Source: Antedon mediterranea (Eukaryota; Animalia; Echinodermata). From it: a stretch of DNA of 64,000 nt. Below, in pieces: positions 53,101 to 62,100 of this stretch (positions are counted from its first letter, which is position 1; every line of letters starts with the position of its first letter). The position numbers were made by a program, and so were the translations under genes. The notes under the pieces were generated by a model. That model had not been told where the DNA came from. It saw nothing but the letters and a program-made list of their open reading frames with translations, and did not search any database. The stretch lies in assembly GCF_964355755.1 (NCBI RefSeq), contig NC_092679.1:13747432-13811431 (forward strand), written 5' to 3'.

Positions 53101-56100
53101 AAAATCCTCAACACAATTAAATATTTCAAAATTTAAGAAATACAGAAATATGCTTACTAATCTCAACAGAATTAGTAAACGTTATTATTACTACAAATGA
53201 CGCAAAGCAGACTTGGTCAATTATTAATGATGTGCTTGGCAGAAAGAAACATGTTACTGTCTTACCTGACTCTGAAGGTCATAACAAAGTAGGCCCTAGA
53301 TATTGTCAATAATATTAATAAACACTTAACTTCAATGAAGTAGGAGAAACTCTTGCCAAAAATATTGTCTTGCCTGTAAATGAAAACTACAAGCAATATT
53401 TTCCAAATTAAAGCCCACTGATGATTTAGAAATTATTTCTATTTTTAATCAAATGAAACCATCTAACTCTGAAGGCATTGATGAAATTAGCAGTAAATTA
53501 CTTAAATATATTATTCCATCTGTAGCGTCACCTTTATCATACATCTTTAATTTTATTATATTATGGAAACTTGAATACTATGGCATTATGGGGTCTGCAC
53601 TATCTTGGTTTGAAAAATATATATGTGGAAGAAGGCAATATACAGTCTTTAACGGAATTTCTTCTGAACACACAACTAATAATTATGGAATACCCCAAGG
53701 AAGTATTCGTGGGCCATTATTATTTATCATTATATATAAATTATATTTTAAATTCTTTTTTTTTCTCTTTCGTGGGGGTCACCCACATTTATTCATTCTG
53801 TTATACAAATATATATATATATATATATATTATACATAATTTTTTGTAAAAATATCAAACAATAAAATTCAATAGAGTTGTTAAAAAAGCACTATATCTA
53901 TACATGTACATAAAATCGATGTAGTATGATTTAAAAACGTACATTTTATGGTTATTGCAAGTTATTGTGAAGGTACGCCTATTTACCATTTACTCTATAT
54001 TTTTAAAAAATGTATTCAAAAGTAGCTGTTTCTTTTATTAAATTTTAACTCAATTGTATGTTTCTTGTTTGTTTTGACCTTATATTACATCTATTACAAA
54101 TATATACACTCATACACACATTAATAAACCTATTTATATTCACGAATCATAACATATTATATGCTACAATTTATGTTTTGGCCTTTTATTACATATTTCA
54201 TTACACTATTTCTAAACCTTAAAGTTCTGTTCTTACTATGTTGGCCATTTACATTTGTTGTTTTACCTATATGTTTGACCCTGTGTTTCAGTCTATGTTT
54301 TACACTAATACATTTTTTTCTGTCATATTTGGTTTTAGCATAATGTTTGTTGTCAAATTGTATAATGTATGGCCTCATTATAGGTATGATATTATTTTAA
54401 ACATTATTTCATATATAGCATACTATCATAGCAGCTGTGTTACAATTATGTGTTACTAGATGGTACGCTCGCTTCGCTCGCGTACCATCTAGGTCGTGCC
54501 CCCAGATGGTTCTCGAATACACAGTAGTAATTTCAGCGTAACAAAACTGGCGATTTCAAATGTACTATTATATAATACATTGTCTTATACCCAAGAAACC
54601 CAATTTATTTGTTTTTTGTATGTAACATTAGGTTTGAGGGATGGGAAAGCGGATAGGTACAAACAGGAACAATTTTTAAATATATTCTTTATCCACTCAG
54701 TAACGAAATATTTTTGTAATGTTTTATAGGCCTATAAATAATATACCTCTAAATATAGTAAAACATTTGCGATTTAATACTTTGTTTATTTTATTTATTT
54801 ATTTATTTATTTTAAATATTCATTGTACACTAATTTTCCCCGTGTATGGCAAGAGATTCCTAATTATATTAGAGAACATTCTTTATTTAGTTTAGTTAAA
54901 ACTGTCACTGTCATAATCGATTGAAATATTAAAGTACATGTCACGATACACCACTACGACGTTTATATTTTTGGTAATTATTAATTAATACAAACGTTGA
55001 GAAAGAACTGTCAGTATAAAGTTTATTTGTATATAATAATGTGTTTATATATCTAACAGTATAGAGCCTATCCACAATCTCAGTAATAAAGTTTATTTGT
55101 ATATATTTTTATATTACATTCACAGGAAGAAATGTTCGATTCAAATGAGGACCAAAAATAGTTATTTACAGTATTGTCAAAGTATTGCAAGTTTATTTTC
55201 AAAGGGCCCATATATTTACCTACCGTATGTGTTAAATCAAGGGCTCATAAATTTACCTACTTGTGTTAAACCAAACTCTGGCAGACTGAGAGATTGGGAT
55301 GTTCCATTCATCGCAAATCAATACATTTGTATAATCGTATATTAAATCTATCAAAATAGTATTTTTTTAAGAAAATCGGCCTGTCTTCAACATTATGATT
55401 CTGTACTCTAGCTGTTCAACCGGTTTTCAGCTATTAAAAACAATTATCGTAGGAGGAGATAGGAAAATGCGAAGCCTCCTCGCATTTTTGTTGCGGGTAT
55501 TTTCCAAGATGGACATCCATTAGACAGTGTATACCACGATCGGAAAACACCCCTATTTTGAGCAAATCGTTGAACCTAAATTCGTTTTAATCGTCAATAA
55601 CTAATTATCTAACTTAATTTAATGAGTAAACAGGGTTATATCAGGTTGTTTAAATCAGTACCGAAAGTACGAACCAACTTTATATACCATCAAGTAAAAA
55701 TTCTAGAAGTAAGGCGCGATTTACCGAATTTTGCCCTTACGTAAATTTATATATAAAGTACGAACCAACTTTATATACCATCGAGTAAAAATTCTAGAAG
55801 TAAGGCGCGATTTACCGAATTTTGCCCTTACGTAAATTTATATATAGATGCCTAAACTTAATTCAATTACTTTATTACATTCTTACATAACTTTGTAGTA
55901 AGTACTATTACAGTTATGATTTCCATTATACCTTTAGTATTGAATGTTTATATACACTACAGCCTGTACTAGTTTTATATTTTTCTTATTTTATGAATTC
56001 TAATAATTTAATTTTAACATTATTCCATTTTGTAACTGCTTTATATTGATTACATGCATATTCATTTTCTAAAAGATTTTTTAATTCGAACTTAAAGGGG

Positions 56101-59100
56101 GGGTTCCGGGTTTAAAATGAATAGTAAACAAGGCCAACAGCCATTAAGTCGCGTGCTACAATGCATAGTGATACCGGACCGACAGACAGACCGACAGACA
56201 GACCGACAGACCGACAGACAGACAGACAGAGAGACCGACCAACCGACATAGTGAACTATACTGACCAAAATTACTGAACATGTTTAAAAAATAATGTTGA
56301 AATGTTTAAAAACATTTTTTTTTTTATTTACACGTGCGTAGCCTGTCACTTTCGACGTGCTCGTATAACGTAATTTCGAGTTGAAAAGTAAGTCAAGAAA
56401 ACAGAAATCGGGCACAAAGAGTGCGCAATAACATTTAACGCGCAGTGTGCGCGCGAAAATATGCGCACTCATGGCAATTTTGTAAACGCTTAAAATTGCC
56501 TGAAATGTACTCTTATTTCATCGAAAATAAATTTTGAAAATGTTAAGCGCGCGTACGCATGCGTTACATGCGCTACGCACGTAATTGTATTGCCATATGA
56601 TGATTTATGCCCTGAAATTTATGAGTACCAAATTTTATTTAATTGTGATTCATGGTTGTGAAGATATGATTACAAACGTGATTTCGTTAAATCGTGCGTA
56701 GACCGCGTAATTTTTTATTGCGCACCGTGAAAACATAACCACATTGATTCCTGGCCATAAAGAATATACTGTGAAAAATTGACCTAGCTAGATTAAACTG
56801 ATATCACGATAAGGTCAGAAAGCGATAAAACGCATAGTGATACCGGACCGACAGACAGACAGACAGACAGACAGACCGACAGACAGACCGACAGACAGAC
56901 AGACAGACAGACCGACCGACCGACCGACATAGTGAACTATAGAGTCGCTTCCACGCGACTAAAAATGTAAAATATATTTGTTTGTCTCTTGAACGGTAAA
57001 AGTTTCAATTTATATAAGCGCCCAGTGAAGCAGAACGAAGGCTGTGAAATTAGGCCAGATTACAAGTGCAGCTACGGCAAAATCACACTGTGGTTACAAA
57101 ATAGGAAATTCGTGAAATGGTCCATCTTCCGACGACTCGTTATCATTAACCATATCAATTACTTTTGTAAAATTATACTTATCTGATGTAATTTTAGTCG
57201 GTCTTCCCATTTATAAAGTCATTTTTTTATGAAAATTCATCAAAATAGTGAAAAATTAGATATGTTTGCACTTTACGTTTGCCGATTTTCGCACCGACTT
57301 AGGGAAAAATCAAAATCAATGAAGCGTAACGTATACTGTACATTCCTGCTGAGGATCGAGCGAGACGACGATGCACGTGCTCTCTCTGCTGCCCATGCCT
57401 GGCATCGTCACGTGATAAGCAGATTCAACAATACCAAACTGGTCGTGTCGAGTATACCCCGTCTATAATCACAACATGAACGATATACAGTATTTGATTG
57501 AAGGTCGACTCGACCTACCGGAATGGTATAGATAATATAGCTCGAATGAGAGAGTTGGAATATTTGTGTAGTGCAGCCTATAGTAAAAGGCCTGGTAGTA
57601 TCAATTCGCATAGGGTCTACTACACTAGCTAGCTCAATTTTTAACTGGGCCGGATCGGCTAGGTCTCCTTCCTACTACCTGGTCTACTTGCTTGATGCAT
57701 GAGTATCCGCTTTTTTGGAGACTAAGCCTATTTTATTTTAGACGATCGGGACACCATACGTGTGGACGGCGATCGGACCTTGTTTTGCTTCAATATTTAC
57801 AGCCGATTTTGTAGAACGTTTTAGGTTTAGATTGTTTATGAGTTTGGTTGATAGGATGGGTTTTGTTATTTATGGGCCAATCGTCTAGTAGTAGGCTAGC
57901 TAGGCCTATGGGCCCCACTGTTTTAACGTAGCCATCGTGGCATGGAATCCCTAGTCAGAATGGCTCTCGCCCATTAGGCTAGGCCTCGAGTAGTATTGTA
58001 CGTGAAGCCGATAATACGATCTGGTACTATAGAGGTATAAAAATAGTATAATTTATGACTCCGTAATCTGTACTAAATTTTGTATTTCATTAAATGTCAA
58101 ATAAATATATGCTACTACTGTTATTATTACACTTTAGGCCTAGCTTAGAAAATCTACAAAAAATGAATTTCACAATGATCGGGTGGTCGTCGTTTGACAG
58201 GGGAGAGAGATGTAAATTAGTCGGGAAATTAGTTGACAAAGACAACATACATGACGTCGCGAGTTTGGAATCCACTGGCGACGTGATTTTGTGAATTTCT
58301 CATGAATATTAATGAGCTTCCCTAAGCTGCTGAAAAACAGACTTTCCATGAATTTACCCTAAAATGTATATGAAATTTAATTTTTTTTTAATTTCTCGTT
58401 ATTGCTTCTTCATTCTGACATGTCTATATTGTTATAATATTTTTTATTTAATAAATAAACGATATTTAAAAGCAATTTTAAACCCAGAATCCCCCTTTAA
58501 ACATATTCAAGATATTTTTTGAGTCGTTACCCATCATGTTATCTGATAAACAAAGCTTTATCGGGATTTGTAGATACAAAACGTACAGATAGATGTTAGT
58601 TCATTTACAAGTTTATCTTTGGAACCAGTAACTATATCAAACCAATGTATAGGCGTTTCATTAGGAAAGCATCCAACAATAAGAGTATTGAATTTTCTCC
58701 AAACTGGCTTAATTACTTTACACTTAAGTAACATGTGTTCTTCGTTTTCTATCACATTCTTACATCTATCGCAAATATTAGGTTTAGACAATTTCCAAAT
58801 ATGTAATCTTTTATTACAAACAAGTATGCGATGTAAAAGTTTAAAATTAAATTGCGCAACTTTTACCATAATATGTTTCATATCTTTGACTATATTATTC
58901 CATATTTTTTCCCATACCATAGTCTTATTTAAAAACTCTGTTTCCCATTTTACTTGGGAGACTGGCACTGTCTTTAATTCAATTATGAACTTATCATAAA
59001 AACATGTTTTAACTTTTGATTGGAATAATTCATTTTTAATATCAACATTAACTTGTTCTTTCTCTATTTTTATTTCTTGAAATATTTTAAACATGACTTT

Positions 59101-62100
59101 ATTCGCTGACGATACAAATCTGTTCTTATCAAACCCCAATTTAAAATACACTTATTGATATTGTTAATTCTGAACTTATCAAAATTGATAAATGGCTTAG
59201 GTGTAATAAACTTTCTCTTTACTGTGATAAGACTAGATATATAATTTTAAAAACTAAAAGAAGTAAAATTAATGTTAATAATATATCCATTAAAATTGCT
59301 GATAAATCTATATCCCAAACAAATTACTATAAGTTTTTAGGAGTCTTTGTTGACGAATTTGTTAATTTTAAAACTCATATTGATCTTACTACTTCGAAAA
59401 TATCTAAATAGTTAGTTTACTTTTTAAAATTCGTCACTACCTTCTTTAAGTGCACTCCTTTCAATCTATAAGTCACTTATGCAACCTCTTATCAGCTATT
59501 GTAACATTATTTGGTTTAATTCATATGCTTCTTATACTGATAAACTTGTTAAACTCCAGAAAAAAAAGCAATACTAGCAATAACTTGGTCTGATTATCGT
59601 GCACCAACAATCCTCTCTTCCACATACATAATGAATTAAAAATTGATGATATTCATAATTACCAAATTGGCATTGTTATGTTCCGAATGTTGAATATTTC
59701 TGATTTACGATTTTTAAACCTTAAAAATTGTACTGATGGTAATGGTCAAAAGTAAAATACTAGAGGAAAATGTAAACTTCGACCTCCTCTTCGAAGACTA
59801 GTTTCTACAAGTCATAGTATTGCTGTTTCGGGTCCTTATGTCTGGAACAACTTAGATATGACTATTAAAAATGCAAATTCCATTAATGTTTTTTAAAAAA
59901 ATTTTTAAGTTGAATCTAATTAAGTACAAATCTTAATTTCTGCCGATGTCAATGTTACTTTATATATATATATATAAAGTTAGCTCTGCTAACTTTTCTG
60001 GCTGTTTACTTCATCGTTTTGATTTATCTTTTCGCTTTTTATTTTTGTATCTCCATTGAGATTTAGCCACTGTTACCCACAGCATTGTCATTTTTTTCAG
60101 TAATTTGCCTTTGGATTTATATATATATATATATATATATATTTCAATATTGTATATTTCCTATTTTAGTATTAGCTGTTTTATAGTTGTTTAGTTATTT
60201 TAGGTCTTCAACCCTGTACAAGCTTTTAGCTTTTTGTTGTTGATCCTTTTCATCTTTTATGCATTTTATCTTTGACATGTTTTATAATTATTTATTTGAT
60301 GAATAAAATGAATGAAATGAAAAATTAAAATGACTAATAACAAATGAGGAAGCTATGTATGCATAGTTTAAATAGTTTAGTTGATTAATTTCTTCAAGCA
60401 AGTTGCGTGGTGCATCGGATGAAACATTGTCTTGTGATGGAGTGACAATTCATCGCGGTTCAAGTCTCACTAGATGACTTTTGTTTATTTATCGCCAAAC
60501 GCGAGTGTTGCCACACGAAAATTACACAGTCAATATCATCGTACTCGAGAATTTTCTGGATTTTAAATGTTTGTTTGTTTGTTATGACACGATAATTACG
60601 CGAAAATTATTCAGTCAATATCATCGTACTCGAGGATATATACGATTTACGATCCTCGCAGTGGTAGTCATGTGATGCAGTTTCAACCAATCACGTTCAC
60701 GTATTTACATATGCTATGTAATATAAAGAGATAAAACGGAACACATCAAAACTCTAAATGATCTTGATACCTCAATAACAAGAAAGTTATCAAAAATTAA
60801 AAACTTACAAATGTGCTAATTGGCTGTTGTTTGCAAAAGTAAAAGGTTCAATGATATTTATATCATTAGATGACAGGTATCTGAAAAAAAAATCATCATT
60901 AGTTTTTAGAATAAATATCTCAAATTATAAAAGTTGTTAAATAAGAGTGTGGTAGTCGTGGTAGTGACAGGTGGTACCATAGTAGCAGCAGCGGCGGCAG
61001 TAGGAGCAGCAGTAGTACAACAGACTGACTAGAACGATCGTCAACGTTTATTTTCAGCAGTACATTATTTATCTTATTCATTCGTGTTATAAAGAAAAAA
61101 TCACTTAGAGACGCTATGAAAACTGATGATCATCTAAATCTAAATAGCAGCACCGGCGGCAGTAGGAGCAGCAGCAGAAACAGTACAACAAAGTGACTAG
61201 AACGATCGTCAACGTGTAATTTCAGTAACTAAACATGCAGTACATTCTTTATCTTATTCATTCGTGTTGAAAAGAAAGATCACATCGTTATCATCAAAAT
61301 ATAAAGAATATAAAGAAAGATCAGATAAAGTAAAACATGTCTATGAAGAAATAAAAACGGAAACACATCGAAATTCTAAATGATCTTGATACCCCAATAA
61401 CAAGAAATTATTCAAACTGTTGCCGATTACGGTTATAGAAACTGATTGCTGCGTTTAATTATTATATAACCTAAATTTGCATTTAGAAATTAACAATACT
61501 TATAGTAATCAAATATCGGATATACATTCTCCCATAAAATTACTACTGTAATGCTAATAAATTATGAAACAAGCAATAATTTAAATGATTTTGTTATCGT
61601 TAAGTTTTTTCACTAAAATGATAGACTATTAACTGCTTTTGTTGAATCTGTTTCTGAAACATGGCTATATATAAAGACATTTTACTATATTCAGTCGTTG
61701 AAACAACAATGTCTTTTCAGGTTTAAGTGTGTCATGCAGGAATTGCTGGACCTTTCCATTCTTTGACTATAATAGTATTAAAGGTGCTCGGATACGTTTC
61801 ACATTTTCACATTTATTCCACATTTATTTAGTCAATCAATTACGTGCATTAACAGAACCGTATAATCATCAAATAAACACATGTTTCGTCATCAAGGGTG
61901 ATTTCAACCGAATGAAAAATAAAGCGTTTTCCTCTAAAAGCAAATAATTACTATTTTGTAATAACTGTATATATAATTATATTATAACAATGTAATTGGT
62001 GGTTTCATTTAGGAACAAATAAACAGAACAAAACGCAATGACCAATTTGGATGCACCAAGATGTATACACTGTTGATGCATTTGTATCACTCTTACATGC

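Larger units (their letters stand above)
53745..59090 (-). mobile_element. 3' part of an L1/Tx1 LINE (zf-RVT plus 3'UTR), itself interrupted twice
   Basis: WEKIW...FNFKLLHRIL...CDRCKNVIENEEHMLLKC. The frame continues NMFK|FELKNLLENEY..KW across the TTAA element; T-rich tail at about 53755. Confidence 0.75.
52880..60322 (+). mobile_element. Decayed CR1/L2 LINE split by an inverted L1/Tx1
   Basis: SEGIDEIS, KLEYYGI, GIPQGSIRGPLLFII (to about 53740) resumes as TLFADDTNLF at about 59095; 3' tail AATAAAATGAATGAAATGA. Confidence 0.8.
52394..60726. mobile_element. Outer non-autonomous element splitting the duplicated intron; class uncertain
   Basis: Flanks ...CAGGTCTAT | AAAGAGATAAAACGG match the uninterrupted paralogue at about 61335-61360; the 5' part resembles 22370-22820. 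Confidence 0.55.

Noticed and set aside
58558-59151. 197-aa ORF as a single protein
   Set aside because: The N-terminus is antisense CR1/L2 sequence fused by chance to the L1/Tx1 zf-RVT fragment.
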